Sequence record: NC_054919.1
Strand: one strand, 5' to 3'
Length of the DNA: 64,000 bases
Source of the DNA: Escherichia phage vB_EcoM_G4507
The notes under the pieces were generated by a model that saw nothing but the letters and a program-made list of their open reading frames with translations, did not search any database and had not been told where the DNA came from. How positions within the stretch are numbered: the stretch's first letter is position 1; every line of letters starts with the position of its first letter. A program made the translations under genes and the position numbers. Shown here one piece after another: positions 16,791-34,252 of this stretch.

Positions 16791-19700
16791 CAGTAAAAGC
16801 ACCTTCAGTCACTAGTCTCAGAATTTCCAAGTTATCCGCTAATCAGGTGCAAGTACGCTGGGATGACGTTGGTGCTAATTTCTACTACTTTGTAGAAATC
16901 GCTGAGACAAAATCAAACTCGGGAGAAAATCTCCCGAGTAATCAATATCGTTGGATTAATTTAGGATATACAGCAAATAATAGTTTCTTTTTTGATGATG
17001 CTGATCCACTGACATCATATGTTATTAGAGTAGCTACAGCTGCGCAAGATTTTGAGCAGTCTGATTGGATTTATACCGAAGAGTTTGAAACTTTTGCTAC
17101 AAATGCTTATACATTTCAAAACATGATTGAAATGCAATTAGCCAATAAATTCATTCAGGAAAAATTTACTCTTAATAATTCTGATTATGTTAATTTCAAT
17201 AATGACACAATAATGGCTGCGTTGATGAATGAATCATTTCAGTTCAGCCCATCGTATGCTGATGTCTCATCAATCAGTAATTTTATTATTGGTGAAAACG
17301 AGTATCATGAAATACAAGGTTCTATTCAGCAAGTATGTAAGGATATTAACCGAGTTTATTTGATGGAATCAGAAGGGATTCTATATCTTTTTGAGCGTTA
17401 TCAACCTGTAGTTAAAGTATCCAATGATAAAGGACAAACCTGGAAAGCTGTAAAGCTCTTCAATGACCGTGTAGGATATCCTTTATCTAAGACTGTATAT
17501 TACCAATCTGCAAACACAACATACGTTCTAGGATACGATAAGATTTTCTATGGCCGTAAATCGACTGACGTTAGATGGTCAGCAGATGATGTCAGATTCA
17601 GTTCACAGGATATAACATTTGCTAAATTAGGAGACCAACTTCATTTAGGATTCGATGTTGAAATCTTCGCTACTTATGCGACTTTACCAGCGAATGTATA
17701 CCGTATAGCTGAAGCCATTACTTGTACGGATGATTATATCTATGTTGTTGCCAGAGATAAAGTTAGATATATAAAAACGAGTAATGCACCTATAGATTCT
17801 GACCCGTTATCACCAACATACTCGGAAAGACTTTTTGAACCTGATACAATGACTATAACTGGAAATCCTAAAGCTGTATGCTATAAAATGGATTCTATTG
17901 GTGATAAAGTTTTTGCTCTTATTATTGGTGAAGTTGAAACATTAAATGCCAATCCGAGAACTTCAAAAATAATTGATTCCGCTGATAAAGGAATATATGT
18001 TTTGAATCAAGACACGAAAACATGGAAAAGAGTTTTCGGTAATACCGAAGAAGAAAGAAGACGTATTCAACCTGGATACGCAAACATGTCAACTGATGGT
18101 AAATTAGTTTCTCTGTCTTCGAGTAATTTTAAATTTTTAAGTGATAACGTTGTTAATGACCCTGAAACTGCTGCAAAATACCAGTTAATCGGTGCTGTCA
18201 AATATGAATTTCCTCGCGAATGGTTAGCTGATAAACATTATCATATGATGGCGTTTATAGCGGATGAAAAATCTGATTGGGAGACTTTTACTCCTCAACC
18301 GATGAAATACTACGCAGAACCGTTCTTTAATTGGTCTAAAAAATCTAACACTCGTTGTTGGATAAACAACTCTGATAAAGCTGTTGTAGTTTATGCAGAT
18401 TTGAAATACACCAAAGTTATTGAAAATATTCCAGAAACGTCACCAGATAGATTAGTGCATGAATACTGGGATGATGGCGATTGCACTATAGTAATGCCAA
18501 ATGTTAAATTCACTGGATTTAAAAAATACGCATCAGGAATGCTTTTTTATAAATCTTCTGGTGAAATAATTTCTTATTATGATTTTAACTATCGTGTGAG
18601 AGATACAGTAGAAATTATTTGGAAGCCGACTGAAGTATTTTTAAAAGCATTTTTACAAAACCAAGAGCGTGAAACTCCTTGGTCACCAGAAGAAGAACGT
18701 GGATTAGCTGACCCTGATTTAAGACCATTAATTGGCACAATGATGCCTGATTCTTATTTGTTACAAGATTCTAATTTTGAGGCATTTTGCGAAGCATATA
18801 TTCAGTATCTTTCTGATGGATATGGAACTCAGTATAACAATTTACGAAATTTAATTCGTAACCAATATCCACGAGAAGAGCATGCGTGGGAATATTTATG
18901 GTCAGAAATATATAAAAGAAACATTTATTTAAATGCTGACAAACGCGATGCTGTTGCAAGATTTTTTGAATCACGTAGCTATGATTTTTATTCTACTAAA
19001 GGAATTGAAGCATCATATAAATTTCTTTTTAAAGTTCTTTATAATGAAGAAGTTGAAATTGAAATTGAATCGGGAGCAGGTACTGAATATGATGTAATCA
19101 TTCAATCTGATTCTCTTACAGAAGATTTAGTAGGACAAACTATCTATACTGCAACTGGAAGATGTAATGTTACTTATATAGAAAGAAGTTATTCTAATGG
19201 TAAATTGCAATGGACTGTGACTATACATAATCTTTTGGGGCGGTTAATAGCAGGACAAGAAGTTAAAGCAGAAAGACTTCCGGGCTTTGAAGGTGAAATT
19301 ATTCGTGGGGTTAAAGGAAAAGATTTGCTTCAAAATAATATAGACTATATTAATAGAAGTAGATCATATTATGTAATGAAAATTAAATCCAATTTACCTT
19401 CTTCCCGCTGGAAATCTGACGTTATTCGTTTTGTTCACCCAGTAGGATTTGGATTTATAGCAATCACGCTTTTAACTATGTTTATTAATGTCGGTTTAAC
19501 TCTTAAACACACAGAGACAATAATTAATAAATATAAAAACTATAAATGGGATTCTGGATTGCCTACTGAATATGCTGATAGAGTAGCTAAATTGACTCCA
19601 ACTGGTGAAATTGAGCATGATTCGGTAACAGGCGAAGCAATTTATGAGCCTGGCCCAATGGCTGGTGTAGAATATCCTCTTCCTGATGACTATAATGCTG

Positions 19701-19885
19701 AAAATAACAATTCAATATTTCAAGGTCAATTGCCGTCTGAACGACGTAAATTAATGAGTCCTTTATTTGATGCATCTGGAACAACATTTGCGCAATTTAG
19801 AGATTTAGTTAATAAACGTCTAAAAGATAATATAGGAAATCCAAGAGACCCTGAAAATCCAACACAGGTTAAAATAGATGAATGA
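16787..19885 (+). CDS. 7: baseplate wedge protein gp7
   Basis: Track ORF 1032 aa, length and order as T4 gp7. Confidence 0.9.
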   Translation: MTVKAPSVTSLRISKLSANQVQVRWDDVGANFYYFVEIAETKSNSGENLPSNQYRWINLGYTANNSFFFDDADPLTSYVIRVATAAQDFEQSDWIYTEEFETFATNAYTFQNMIEMQLANKFIQEKFTLNNSDYVNFNNDTIMAALMNESFQFSPSYADVSSISNFIIGENEYHEIQGSIQQVCKDINRVYLMESEGILYLFERYQPVVKVSNDKGQTWKAVKLFNDRVGYPLSKTVYYQSANTTYVLGYDKIFYGRKSTDVRWSADDVRFSSQDITFAKLGDQLHLGFDVEIFATYATLPANVYRIAEAITCTDDYIYVVARDKVRYIKTSNAPIDSDPLSPTYSERLFEPDTMTITGNPKAVCYKMDSIGDKVFALIIGEVETLNANPRTSKIIDSADKGIYVLNQDTKTWKRVFGNTEEERRRIQPGYANMSTDGKLVSLSSSNFKFLSDNVVNDPETAAKYQLIGAVKYEFPREWLADKHYHMMAFIADEKSDWETFTPQPMKYYAEPFFNWSKKSNTRCWINNSDKAVVVYADLKYTKVIENIPETSPDRLVHEYWDDGDCTIVMPNVKFTGFKKYASGMLFYKSSGEIISYYDFNYRVRDTVEIIWKPTEVFLKAFLQNQERETPWSPEEERGLADPDLRPLIGTMMPDSYLLQDSNFEAFCEAYIQYLSDGYGTQYNNLRNLIRNQYPREEHAWEYLWSEIYKRNIYLNADKRDAVARFFESRSYDFYSTKGIEASYKFLFKVLYNEEVEIEIESGAGTEYDVIIQSDSLTEDLVGQTIYTATGRCNVTYIERSYSNGKLQWTVTIHNLLGRLIAGQEVKAERLPGFEGEIIRGVKGKDLLQNNIDYINRSRSYYVMKIKSNLPSSRWKSDVIRFVHPVGFGFIAITLLTMFINVGLTLKHTETIINKYKNYKWDSGLPTEYADRVAKLTPTGEIEHDSVTGEAIYEPGPMAGVEYPLPDDYNAENNNSIFQGQLPSERRKLMSPLFDASGTTFAQFRDLVNKRLKDNIGNPRDPENPTQVKIDE

Positions 19886-20882
19886 TTCAAGTGTTATCTA
19901 TCGTGCGATAGTTACTTCAAAATTTAGAACAGAAAAAATGTTGAATTTTTATAATTCAATTGGAAGTGGTCCGGATAAAAACACTATCTTTATCACATTT
20001 GGAAGATCAGAACCGTGGTCATCAAATGAAAATGAGGTGGGCTTTGCCCCACCTTATCCTACCGATTCTGTATTAGGTGTAACTGACATGTGGACTCATA
20101 TGATGGGAACAGTAAAAGTTCTTCCATCAATGCTTGATGCAGTTATTCCTCGTCGAGATTGGGGAGATACTAGATATCCGGATCCATACACATTTAGAAT
20201 TAACGATATTGTAGTGTGTAACTCAGCTCCTTACAACGCTACTGAATCAGGCGCGGGATGGTTAGTGTATCGCTGTTTAGATGTTCCTGATACTGGAATG
20301 TGCTCAATAGCATCTTTAACTAATAAGGATGAATGCCTTAAGTTAGGTGGAAAATGGACTCCTTCTGCTAGGTCAATGACTCCTCCTGAAGGTCGAGGAG
20401 ATGCTGAAGGAACAATTGAACCTGGGGATGGATATGTTTGGGAATATTTATTTGAGATTCCGCCTGATGTATCTATAAATAGATGTACGAATGAATACAT
20501 CGTGGTTCCTTGGCCTGAGGAATTAAAAGAAGACCCGACTAGATGGGGGTATGAAGATAATCTCACTTGGCAACAAGATGATTTTGGATTAATTTACCGT
20601 GTTAAGGCAAATACTATCCGTTTTAAAGCATATTTAGATTCAGTTTATTTTCCTGAAGCTGCATTGCCGGGAAATAAAGGATTTAGACAAATATCAATAA
20701 TTACGAATCCTCTTGAAGCTAAAGCTCATCCAAATGACCCAAATGTTAAAGCTGAAAAGGATTATTATGATCCGGAAGATTTAATGAGGCATTCGGGCGA
20801 AATGATTTATATGGAAAATAGGCCACCTATTATTATGGCAATGGATCAGACAGAAGAAATCAATATTCTGTTTACATTTTAA
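19878..20882 (+). CDS. 8: baseplate wedge protein gp8
   Basis: Track ORF 334 aa as T4 gp8; followed by a terminator hairpin. Confidence 0.9.
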   Translation: MNDSSVIYRAIVTSKFRTEKMLNFYNSIGSGPDKNTIFITFGRSEPWSSNENEVGFAPPYPTDSVLGVTDMWTHMMGTVKVLPSMLDAVIPRRDWGDTRYPDPYTFRINDIVVCNSAPYNATESGAGWLVYRCLDVPDTGMCSIASLTNKDECLKLGGKWTPSARSMTPPEGRGDAEGTIEPGDGYVWEYLFEIPPDVSINRCTNEYIVVPWPEELKEDPTRWGYEDNLTWQQDDFGLIYRVKANTIRFKAYLDSVYFPEAALPGNKGFRQISIITNPLEAKAHPNDPNVKAEKDYYDPEDLMRHSGEMIYMENRPPIIMAMDQTEEINILFTF

Positions 20883-20887
20883 ATTAA

Positions 20888-20913
20888 GGGAGCCCATGGG
20901 CTCCCTTTTTCTT
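20888..20913 (+). terminator. intrinsic terminator after gene 8
   Basis: GGGAGCCCATGGGCTCCC hairpin followed by TTTTTCTTT. Confidence 0.7.
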
Positions 20914-20921
20914 TATAAATA
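20914..20921 (+). promoter_or_regulatory. late promoter TATAAATA upstream of gene 9
   Basis: Exact TATAAATA 25 nt upstream of ATG 20946, just after the gene 8 terminator hairpin. Confidence 0.6.
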
Positions 20922-20945
20922 CTATAAACTCATAAGGAAACCGCT

Positions 20946-21812
20946 ATGTTCATTCAAGAACCAAAGAAATTGATTGATACCGGCGAAATTGGTAACGCTT
21001 CTACTGGTGATATCTTATTCGACGGTGGTAATAAAATTAATAGTGATTTTAACGCAATTTATAACGCGTTTGGCGATCAACGTAAAATGGCAGTAGCAAA
21101 TGGCACTGGAGCAGATGGTCAAATTATCCATGCTACTGGATATTATCAAAAACACTCTATTGCAGAGTATGCAACTCCAGTAAAAGTTGGCACTAGGCAT
21201 GATATTGATACCTCTACTGTAGGTGTTAAAGTTATCATTGAAAGAGGCGAACTTGGCGACTGCGTTGAATTTATTAACTCAAATGGATCAATATCAGTTA
21301 CTAATCCTTTAACGATTCAAGCTATTGATTCAATTAAAGGCGTTTCAGGTAATTTAGTAGTAACTAGTCCATATAGTAAAGTTACCTTACGTTGTATTTC
21401 ATCTGATAATTCTACGTCGGTTTGGAATTATTCTATTGAAAGTATGTTTGGTCAAAAGGAATCACCTGCTGAAGGTACATGGAATATTTCTACATCTGGA
21501 TCAGTTGACATTCCACTATTTCATCGCACTGAATACAATATGGCTAAATTGCTAGTTACGTGCCAATCAGTAGATGGAAGAAAAATTAAAACAGCAGAAA
21601 TAAATATTCTTGTGGATACTGTTAATTCAGAAGTTATTTCTTCTGAGTATGCTGTCATGCGAGTTGGAAATGAAACAGAAGAAGACGAAATCGCTAATAT
21701 TGCATTTAGTATTAAAGAAAATTACGTAACGGCGACTATAAGTTCTTCAACTGTCGGTATGAGAGCAGCAGTTAAAGTTATCGCTACGCAGAAAATCGGG
21801 GTGGCTCAATAA
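20946..21812 (+). CDS. 9: baseplate wedge protein gp9 (long tail fiber socket)
   Basis: Track ORF 288 aa as T4 gp9; late promoter TATAAATA at 20914-20921. Confidence 0.9.
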   Translation: MFIQEPKKLIDTGEIGNASTGDILFDGGNKINSDFNAIYNAFGDQRKMAVANGTGADGQIIHATGYYQKHSIAEYATPVKVGTRHDIDTSTVGVKVIIERGELGDCVEFINSNGSISVTNPLTIQAIDSIKGVSGNLVVTSPYSKVTLRCISSDNSTSVWNYSIESMFGQKESPAEGTWNISTSGSVDIPLFHRTEYNMAKLLVTCQSVDGRKIKTAEINILVDTVNSEVISSEYAVMRVGNETEEDEIANIAFSIKENYVTATISSSTVGMRAAVKVIATQKIGVAQ

Positions 21813-23617
21813 TGAAACAAAATATTAATATCGGTAATGTTGTAGATGATGGTACCGGTGACTACCTGCGTAAAGGTGGTATAAAAATAAATGAAAACTT
21901 TGATGAGCTTTATTATGAACTCGGTGATGGTAATGTTCCATATTCAGCCGGTGCCTGGAAAACTTATAATGCTTCATCTGGGCAAACATTAAAAGCTGAA
22001 TGGGGAAAATCATACGCTATTAATACTTCGTCTGGAAGAGTAACACTGCAACTTCCTAAAGGAACTGTTAATGATTATAATAAAGTAATTAGAGCTAGGG
22101 ATGTATTTGCAACATGGAATGTTAATCCAGTTACTTTAGTAGCCGCTTCTGGTGATACTATCAAAGGATCATCGTCATCGGTTGAAATTAACGTTCAATT
22201 TAGTGATTTAGAGCTAGTTTATTGCGCTCCGGGTCGTTGGGAATATGTCAAAAATAAACAAATTGACAAAATTATTAGTTCAGACATTAGCAATGTAGCT
22301 CGTAAAGAATTTTTAGTCGAAGTTCAAGGACAAACAGACTTTTTAGATATTTTCCATGGAACTAGTTATAATGTTAATAACATCAGAGTAAAACACCGCG
22401 GTAATGAATTGTATTACGGCGATGTTTTTAGCGAAAACAGTGACTTTGGCTCTCCAGGGGAAAATGAAGGAGAATTGGTTCCTCTTGATGGATTTAATAT
22501 TAGATTAAGACAGCCTTGTAATATTGGTGACACTGTTCAAATTGAAACATTTATGGACGGTGTATCGCAGTGGAGAAGTTCATACACAAGACGTCAAATA
22601 AAAGTATTAGATTCAAAATTAACATCAAAAACTTCTTTGGAAGGAAGTATTTACGTTACTGATTTATCGACAATGAAATCAATTCCATTCTCCGCATTTG
22701 GATTAATTCCAGGAGAACCTATTAATCCTAATTCTCTTGAAGTTCGTTTTAATGGAATTTTACAACAACAAGCTGGAACAGCAGGATATCCTCTGTTTTT
22801 ATGTGAAGGCGCTAATTCAGATACACAAGAAGGATGTATATCTCTTGGTGGTGAATGGAAAGAATCAAACACAGATTATTCTATAGAATATGAAGATGGA
22901 AAACCGATCAGTCTTTTATTTGATAGAAAATTTGAATCAGGTGATATAATCGTTATAACATGGTTCAATAATGATTTAGGAACTCTTTTGGAAAAAGATG
23001 ACATTATTGAATTAACTGATGAACGCTATGTTAGCAAAGGATCATCTACTGAAGTTACTGGTGATGTAGCCTTAACTGATTTTGATAAAATCGGTTGGCC
23101 AAATGTTGAAAAAGTTGATTCTTATACTAGAACATATAATTCAATATCATCTATTTTCGATAGCATTTATCCCATTGGTTCAATTTATGAAAATGCTATA
23201 AACCCAAATAATCCGGTGACTTATATGGGATTTGGTTCATGGAAATTATTTGGTAAAGGACAAGTTTTAGTAGGATGGAATGATGATGTTACGGATCCAA
23301 ACTTTGCATTAAATAACAATGATTTAGATTCTAGCGGAAATCCTTCGCATACTGCCGGTGGAACAGTTGGAACAACATCAGTGACACTTGAGAACGCAAA
23401 TCTTCCTGCAACTAAAACTGATGAAAAAGTTTTAATTGAAGATGAAAACGGATCAGTTATTATTGGAGGTTGCCAATATGACCCAGATGAAACTGGTCCT
23501 ATATATACAAAATATCGTGAAGACTACGCAACAACAAACTCTTCACATACTCCTCCTGCTAATATTAGTAATATTCAACCGTCTATTACTGTATACCGTT
23601 GGATAAGGATTGCATAA
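21812..23617 (+). CDS. 10: baseplate wedge protein gp10
   Basis: Track ORF 601 aa, length and order as T4 gp10. Confidence 0.9.
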   Translation: MKQNINIGNVVDDGTGDYLRKGGIKINENFDELYYELGDGNVPYSAGAWKTYNASSGQTLKAEWGKSYAINTSSGRVTLQLPKGTVNDYNKVIRARDVFATWNVNPVTLVAASGDTIKGSSSSVEINVQFSDLELVYCAPGRWEYVKNKQIDKIISSDISNVARKEFLVEVQGQTDFLDIFHGTSYNVNNIRVKHRGNELYYGDVFSENSDFGSPGENEGELVPLDGFNIRLRQPCNIGDTVQIETFMDGVSQWRSSYTRRQIKVLDSKLTSKTSLEGSIYVTDLSTMKSIPFSAFGLIPGEPINPNSLEVRFNGILQQQAGTAGYPLFLCEGANSDTQEGCISLGGEWKESNTDYSIEYEDGKPISLLFDRKFESGDIIVITWFNNDLGTLLEKDDIIELTDERYVSKGSSTEVTGDVALTDFDKIGWPNVEKVDSYTRTYNSISSIFDSIYPIGSIYENAINPNNPVTYMGFGSWKLFGKGQVLVGWNDDVTDPNFALNNNDLDSSGNPSHTAGGTVGTTSVTLENANLPATKTDEKVLIEDENGSVIIGGCQYDPDETGPIYTKYREDYATTNSSHTPPANISNIQPSITVYRWIRIA

Positions 23618-24276
23618 TGAGTTTACTTAATAATAAAGCGGGAGTTATTTCCCGCTTAGCAGATTTTCTTGGTTTTAGAACTAAGAAAAATGATATTTCG
23701 GTTATGAATAATCAGCCAGTAGGTGCTGTAACAATTTCACAAATAGCAAAAGGTTTTTATGACCCAAATGTAGAATCTGCTATCAATGATGTTAGAAATA
23801 TGGCAGAGCAACAGGTTGGAGCTGTATTAGTTAATATAAGTGGCGTATCTCCTACTGGCGTGCAGCAAACAGACTATTGGTCATTTGAAGGAACTGTTAC
23901 TGATACTTCAGCCAAACCAGGTGACCCAGTTATTGTTAATATGTTTGGCATTCCTGTTAAAGCTACTAATGGAATGACTTCAATCGAATTTACCAGTGCC
24001 GTTAGAACAGCTCTACAGGAAATGGTTGCAAAATTTATTGCAATTGATTCATTTGAAGACCATCCTACCATAGGAAATAAAATACAAGTTAAGTATTTAG
24101 ATAACCAAGAACATATCTTAGAACAATACTCTGATAAAGGAATTACTTTCAAACAGGAAATAATTTCTCCTTCTAAACCTGGGTATGGAACTTGGCAATT
24201 ATTAGGTGCGCAAACTGTTACGCTAGATAGTCACACCCAACCTACAGTATTTTATTATTTTGAGAGAATAGCATGA
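23617..24276 (+). CDS. 11: baseplate wedge / short tail fiber attachment protein gp11
   Basis: ATG at 23617 overlapping the gp10 stop (TAATG); [20 protein letters not shown]..; 219 aa as T4 gp11. Confidence 0.85.
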   Translation: MSLLNNKAGVISRLADFLGFRTKKNDISVMNNQPVGAVTISQIAKGFYDPNVESAINDVRNMAEQQVGAVLVNISGVSPTGVQQTDYWSFEGTVTDTSAKPGDPVIVNMFGIPVKATNGMTSIEFTSAVRTALQEMVAKFIAIDSFEDHPTIGNKIQVKYLDNQEHILEQYSDKGITFKQEIISPSKPGYGTWQLLGAQTVTLDSHTQPTVFYYFERIA

Positions 24277-25823
24277 GTAACAATACATATCAGCACGTAT
24301 CAAATGAATCAAAATACGTTAAATTCGATCCTGTAGGATCGAATTTTCCTGACACTGTCACGACAGTGCAGTCAGCATTATCAAAAATAAGTAATATCGG
24401 CGTAAATGGTATTCCTGATGCAACTATGGAAGTTAAAGGAATAGCAATGATTGCATCGGAGCAAGAGGTTTTAGATGGAACTAATAATTCTAAAATCGTT
24501 ACACCAGCTACATTAGCAACAAGATTATTGTATCCAAATGCTACTGAAACTAAATATGGATTAACACGCTATTCAACAAATGAAGAAACTTTAGAAGGCT
24601 CAGATAATAATTCATCAATAACGCCACAAAAACTGAAATACCATACTGACGATGTATTCCAAAATAGGTATTCATCTGAATCATCAAATGGAGTTATTAA
24701 AATATCATCTACTCCTGCGGCTTTGGCTGGAGTTGATGATACTACGGCGATGACTCCGTTGAAAACCCAAAAACTCGCAATAAAATTAATTTCGCAAATA
24801 GCTCCTTCAGAAGACACAGCATCAGAATCTGTTAGAGGTGTAGTTCAGTTATCAACTGTCGCTCAAACTCGTCAAGGAACTCTCCGCGAAGGATATGCAA
24901 TTTCTCCGTATACCTTTATGAATTCTGTTGCAACACAAGAATATAAGGGTGTTATACGTTTAGGAACACAATCAGAAATTAACAGTAATTTGGGAGATGT
25001 TGCAGTAACAGGTGAAACATTAAATGGTCGAGGAGCTACCGGTTCTATGCGTGGGGTAGTAAAATTAACGACGCAAGCCGGTATTGCCCCTGAAGGTGAT
25101 AGCTCTGGAGCATTAGCATGGAACGCAGATGTAATTAATACTCGCGGTGGACAAACTATTAATGGTTCTTTAAATTTAGATCATTTAACAGCAAATGGAA
25201 TTTGGTCGCGCGGCGGAATGTGGAAAAATGGCGATCAACCTGTTGCCACTGAAAGATATGCGTCCGAAAGGGTTCCAGTTGGAACTATTATGATGTTTGC
25301 TGGAGATTCAGCTCCTCCTGGTTGGATTATGTGCCACGGCGGAACCGTGTCAGGAGATCAATATCCTGATTATAGAAACACAGTTGGAACGAGATTTGGT
25401 GGCGATTGGAATAATCCTGGCATTCCTGATATGCGAGGTCTTTTCGTCAGAGGAGCTGGTACTGGTGGTCATATTTTAAATCAACGAGGGCAAGATGGTT
25501 ACGGGAAGGATAGACTTGGTGTAGGATGTGACGGAATGCATGTTGGCGGTGTTCAAGCACAACAGATGTCATACCATAAACATGCTGGTGGTTGGGGAGA
25601 ATACCAAAGACATGAAGCTCCATTTGGCGCGTCCGTTTATCAAGGATATCTTGGAACTAGAAAATATGCCGACTGGGATAATGCTTCATACTTCACTAAT
25701 GATGGATTTGAATTAGGTGGACCGAGAGATGCCCTTGGTACACTTAATCGTGAAGGATTAATTGGTTATGAAACTAGACCATGGAATATATCATTAAACT
25801 ATATTATTAAAATTCATTACTAA
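24273..25823 (+). CDS. 12: short tail fiber protein gp12
   Basis: Track ORF 516 aa; [20 protein letters not shown].. as T4 gp12. Confidence 0.9.
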   Translation: MSNNTYQHVSNESKYVKFDPVGSNFPDTVTTVQSALSKISNIGVNGIPDATMEVKGIAMIASEQEVLDGTNNSKIVTPATLATRLLYPNATETKYGLTRYSTNEETLEGSDNNSSITPQKLKYHTDDVFQNRYSSESSNGVIKISSTPAALAGVDDTTAMTPLKTQKLAIKLISQIAPSEDTASESVRGVVQLSTVAQTRQGTLREGYAISPYTFMNSVATQEYKGVIRLGTQSEINSNLGDVAVTGETLNGRGATGSMRGVVKLTTQAGIAPEGDSSGALAWNADVINTRGGQTINGSLNLDHLTANGIWSRGGMWKNGDQPVATERYASERVPVGTIMMFAGDSAPPGWIMCHGGTVSGDQYPDYRNTVGTRFGGDWNNPGIPDMRGLFVRGAGTGGHILNQRGQDGYGKDRLGVGCDGMHVGGVQAQQMSYHKHAGGWGEYQRHEAPFGASVYQGYLGTRKYADWDNASYFTNDGFELGGPRDALGTLNREGLIGYETRPWNISLNYIIKIHY

Positions 25824-25832
25824 GGATTACAA

Positions 25833-27290
25833 ATGATTGAATTAAAAGATTTACCTTTTGTTGATAGCGTTCCTGACGAAGGTCAGGAGCGTATTTCATG
25901 GATTAAAAATGGTGAAGAAATACTAGGAGCTAGTACTAAGTATGGAAACGATGGATCAATGAATAGACCAACTGTGTCCGTATTTAAAAATGTTGAGGTT
26001 CTTGATGAAAATATAGGAATTCTTAAAACTGCCGTTGAAACATCACAGGAAGATATTAAAACAATTCAAGGCATTTTGGATGTATCTGGAGATATCGAAG
26101 CACTATCACAGATTAGCGTTAATAAAAATGACATATCAAATTTAAAGACGCTTACGAATGAACACACTGATATATTAAATGGTACAAATGCCACTGTTGA
26201 CCGCATTCTTTCTGATATAGGTCCATTTAATGAACATGCAAATTCAGTTTATAGAACAGTTCGAAATGATTTGTTATGGATTAAAAGAGAATTAGGGCAA
26301 TATGCTGGACAAGATATTAATGGTCTTCCTGTTGTAGGAAATAGCAGCACGGGTATGAAGCACCGTATCATTAATAATACAGATGCTATAACTTCCCAAG
26401 GAATACGTCTAAGTGATTTGGAAGAAAAATTTATTGAATCTGATGTAGGTTCACTGACAATTGAAGTTGGAAATCTTAGACAAGAACTTGGACAAAGACC
26501 ATCTTCATTTAGTGAAAGCATATATTCACGTATGCATAATTTAGATCAATCGCAGATTAATCTTAGTTCCGAAATTAAATCTATCAAAACTTCTATTGGA
26601 TATCCAGGAAATACTTCAATAATCACAGATGTCAATGTCAATAGTCAAGAAATTTCAGCTTTAAATGATGAACTAAATAAAAGTGGCGGCGTTAAACAGC
26701 GATTAACTGTTATTGAAACATCGATTGGTTCAGATGATATTCCTTCTAGTATTAAAGGTCAAATTAAAGATAATACCACTTCTATTGAATCTTTAAATGG
26801 AATTGTAGGTGAAAACACCTCGTCCGGTTTAAGAGCTAACGTTTCATGGCTAAATCAGATAGTTGGAACTGATTCTAGCGGAGGTCAACCTTCTCCTCCG
26901 GGGTCTCTTTTAAATAGAGTTTCAACAGTTGAAACCTCTGTTAATAGACTTAACAATGATGTTCAAAACTTACAGGTTGAAATTGGTAATAACAATTCCG
27001 GAATTAAAGGGCAAGTTGTAACATTAAATAAATTAGTAAATGGAACAAATCCGAATGGTTCAACTGTCGAAGAACGCGGATTGACTAATTCAATAAAAGC
27101 TAATGAGACTAACATTTCTTCAATTAATCAAGAGATTCGTAGTATTAAAGGTAATGTGTCCTCATTACAGAGGGATGTCCAGACTTTACAAGAAGCTGGT
27201 TATATTCCTGAAGCTCCAAAAGATGGTCAAGCTTACGTTCGTAAAGACGGCGAATGGGTATTGCTTTCTACCTTTTTATCACCAGCATAA
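25833..27290 (+). CDS. wac: fibritin (whisker antigen control)
   Basis: Track ORF 485 aa; coiled-coil repeats; C-terminal foldon [27 protein letters not shown]. Confidence 0.9.
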   Translation: MIELKDLPFVDSVPDEGQERISWIKNGEEILGASTKYGNDGSMNRPTVSVFKNVEVLDENIGILKTAVETSQEDIKTIQGILDVSGDIEALSQISVNKNDISNLKTLTNEHTDILNGTNATVDRILSDIGPFNEHANSVYRTVRNDLLWIKRELGQYAGQDINGLPVVGNSSTGMKHRIINNTDAITSQGIRLSDLEEKFIESDVGSLTIEVGNLRQELGQRPSSFSESIYSRMHNLDQSQINLSSEIKSIKTSIGYPGNTSIITDVNVNSQEISALNDELNKSGGVKQRLTVIETSIGSDDIPSSIKGQIKDNTTSIESLNGIVGENTSSGLRANVSWLNQIVGTDSSGGQPSPPGSLLNRVSTVETSVNRLNNDVQNLQVEIGNNNSGIKGQVVTLNKLVNGTNPNGSTVEERGLTNSIKANETNISSINQEIRSIKGNVSSLQRDVQTLQEAGYIPEAPKDGQAYVRKDGEWVLLSTFLSPA

Positions 27291-27321
27291 CATGGGGCCG
27301 CAAGGCCCTAAAGGATTTTAA

Positions 27322-29023
<1,702 letters not shown>

Positions 29024-29064
29024 TAAATATTATAAACTAATTAAAGCCCAGATTAGGAGAAATC

Positions 29065-32202
<3,138 letters not shown>

Positions 32203-32233
32203 ATATATTAAAGCATATTAAAGAGGATTAAAA

Positions 32234-34213
32234 ATGACTTTATTATCTCCGGGCATTGAGCTCAAAGAAACTACGGTTCAAAGCACCGTGGTTAATAACT
32301 CTACTGGTACAGCAGCTTTGGCCGGTAAATTCCAGTGGGGTCCTGCTTTTCAGATTAAACAGGTTACAAATGAAGTAGATTTAGTTAATACTTTTGGTCA
32401 ACCAACCGCTGAAACAGCTGACTACTTTATGTCTGCGATGAATTTCTTGCAGTACGGAAATGACTTACGAGTAGTTCGTGCTGTTGATAGAGATACCGCT
32501 AAAAACTCATCGCCAATTGCTGGTAATATTGAATACACAATTTCTACCCCAGGTAGTAACTATGCAGTTGGAGATAAAATCACGGTCAAATATGTTTCAG
32601 ATGATATTGAAACTGAAGGTAAAATTACTGAAGTAGACGCAGATGGAAAAATTAAGAAAATTAATATTCCTACTGCAAAAATTATTGCTAAAGCTAAAGA
32701 AGTTGGCGAATACCCAGCATTAGGTTCTAACTGGACTGCAGAAATTTCTTCATCTTCTTCCGGTTTAGCTGCAGTAATAACTCTTGGAAAAATTATTACT
32801 GATTCCGGTATTTTATTAGCTGAAATCGAGAGCGCTGAAACTGCTATGACAGCAGTTGATTTTCAGGCAAATCTTGAAAAATATGGAATTCCAGGAGTAG
32901 TAGCTCTCTATCCAGGCGAATTAGGCGATAAAATTGAAATTGAAATCGTATCTAAAGCTGACTATGCGAAAGGCGCTTCTGCATTACTCCCAATTTATCC
33001 AGGTGGTGGTACTCGCGCATCTACTGCCAAAGCAGTGTTTGGATATGGACCACAAACTGATTCACAGTACGCCATTATAGTTCGTCGTAATGATGCTATT
33101 GTTCAAAGCGTTGTTCTTTCAACTAAGCGTGGTGAAAAAGATATTTACGATAGTAACATCTATATTGATGACTTTTTCGCAAAAGGTGGTTCAGAATATA
33201 TTTTCGCAACTGCGCAAAACTGGCCAGAAGGCTTCTCTGGAATTTTAACTCTGTCTGGTGGATTATCATCAAATGCTGAAGTAACAGCAGGAGATTTGAT
33301 GGAAGCTTGGGACTTCTTTGCTGACCGCGAATCTGTTGACGTTCAGTTGTTTATTGCGGGTTCTTGTGCCGGTGAATCTTTAGAAACAGCATCTACTGTC
33401 CAAAAACATGTTGTTTCAATTGGTGATGCTCGTCAAGATTGCTTAGTATTGTGCTCACCTCCGCGTGAAACTGTAGTTGGAATTCCTGTAACTCGTGCAG
33501 TAGATAATTTAGTTAACTGGAGAACTGCAGCAGGTTCATACACTGATAATAACTTTAATATCAGTTCAACCTATGCAGCAATTGATGGTAACTATAAGTA
33601 TCAGTATGACAAATATAATGATGTGAATCGTTGGGTTCCATTAGCAGCTGATATTGCTGGTTTATGCGCAAGAACTGATAACGTATCTCAGACTTGGATG
33701 TCTCCAGCTGGTTATAATCGTGGCCAAATTTTGAACGTTATTAAACTGGCTATTGAAACTCGCCAGGCTCAGCGCGACCGTTTATACCAAGAAGCTATCA
33801 ACCCGGTAACCGGTACAGGTGGTGATGGTTACGTATTGTATGGTGATAAAACAGCTACTTCTGTTCCTTCTCCATTTGATCGTATTAACGTTCGTCGTCT
33901 GTTTAATATGTTGAAAACGAATATCGGACGTAGTTCAAAATATCGTTTGTTCGAATTAAACAACGCGTTTACTCGTTCATCATTCCGCACAGAAACTGCC
34001 CAGTACTTGCAGGGAATTAAAGCTCTCGGTGGAATTTATGAATATCGTGTAGTTTGCGATACAACAAATAATACTCCGTCAGTAATTGATAGAAATGAGT
34101 TTGTTGCAACATTCTACATCCAACCGGCTCGTAGTATAAATTATATCCAACTTAATTTCGTCGCAACTGCTACTGGTGCAGATTTTGATGAGTTAACTGG
34201 TCTTGCAGGTTAA
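32234..34213 (+). CDS. 18: tail sheath protein gp18
   Basis: Track ORF 659 aa as T4 gp18. Confidence 0.9.
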   Translation: MTLLSPGIELKETTVQSTVVNNSTGTAALAGKFQWGPAFQIKQVTNEVDLVNTFGQPTAETADYFMSAMNFLQYGNDLRVVRAVDRDTAKNSSPIAGNIEYTISTPGSNYAVGDKITVKYVSDDIETEGKITEVDADGKIKKINIPTAKIIAKAKEVGEYPALGSNWTAEISSSSSGLAAVITLGKIITDSGILLAEIESAETAMTAVDFQANLEKYGIPGVVALYPGELGDKIEIEIVSKADYAKGASALLPIYPGGGTRASTAKAVFGYGPQTDSQYAIIVRRNDAIVQSVVLSTKRGEKDIYDSNIYIDDFFAKGGSEYIFATAQNWPEGFSGILTLSGGLSSNAEVTAGDLMEAWDFFADRESVDVQLFIAGSCAGESLETASTVQKHVVSIGDARQDCLVLCSPPRETVVGIPVTRAVDNLVNWRTAAGSYTDNNFNISSTYAAIDGNYKYQYDKYNDVNRWVPLAADIAGLCARTDNVSQTWMSPAGYNRGQILNVIKLAIETRQAQRDRLYQEAINPVTGTGGDGYVLYGDKTATSVPSPFDRINVRRLFNMLKTNIGRSSKYRLFELNNAFTRSSFRTETAQYLQGIKALGGIYEYRVVCDTTNNTPSVIDRNEFVATFYIQPARSINYIQLNFVATATGADFDELTGLAG

Positions 34214-34221
34214 TTGATTAT

Positions 34222-34235
34222 GGGGCTTCGGCCCC
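34222..34235 (+). terminator. GC hairpin immediately after gene 18 (terminator or RNA-stability hairpin)
   Basis: GGGGCTTCGGCCCC, perfect 5-bp GC stem with TTCG loop; no strong U-tract. Confidence 0.45.
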
Positions 34236-34252
34236 TATTCTCGAGGAAACAA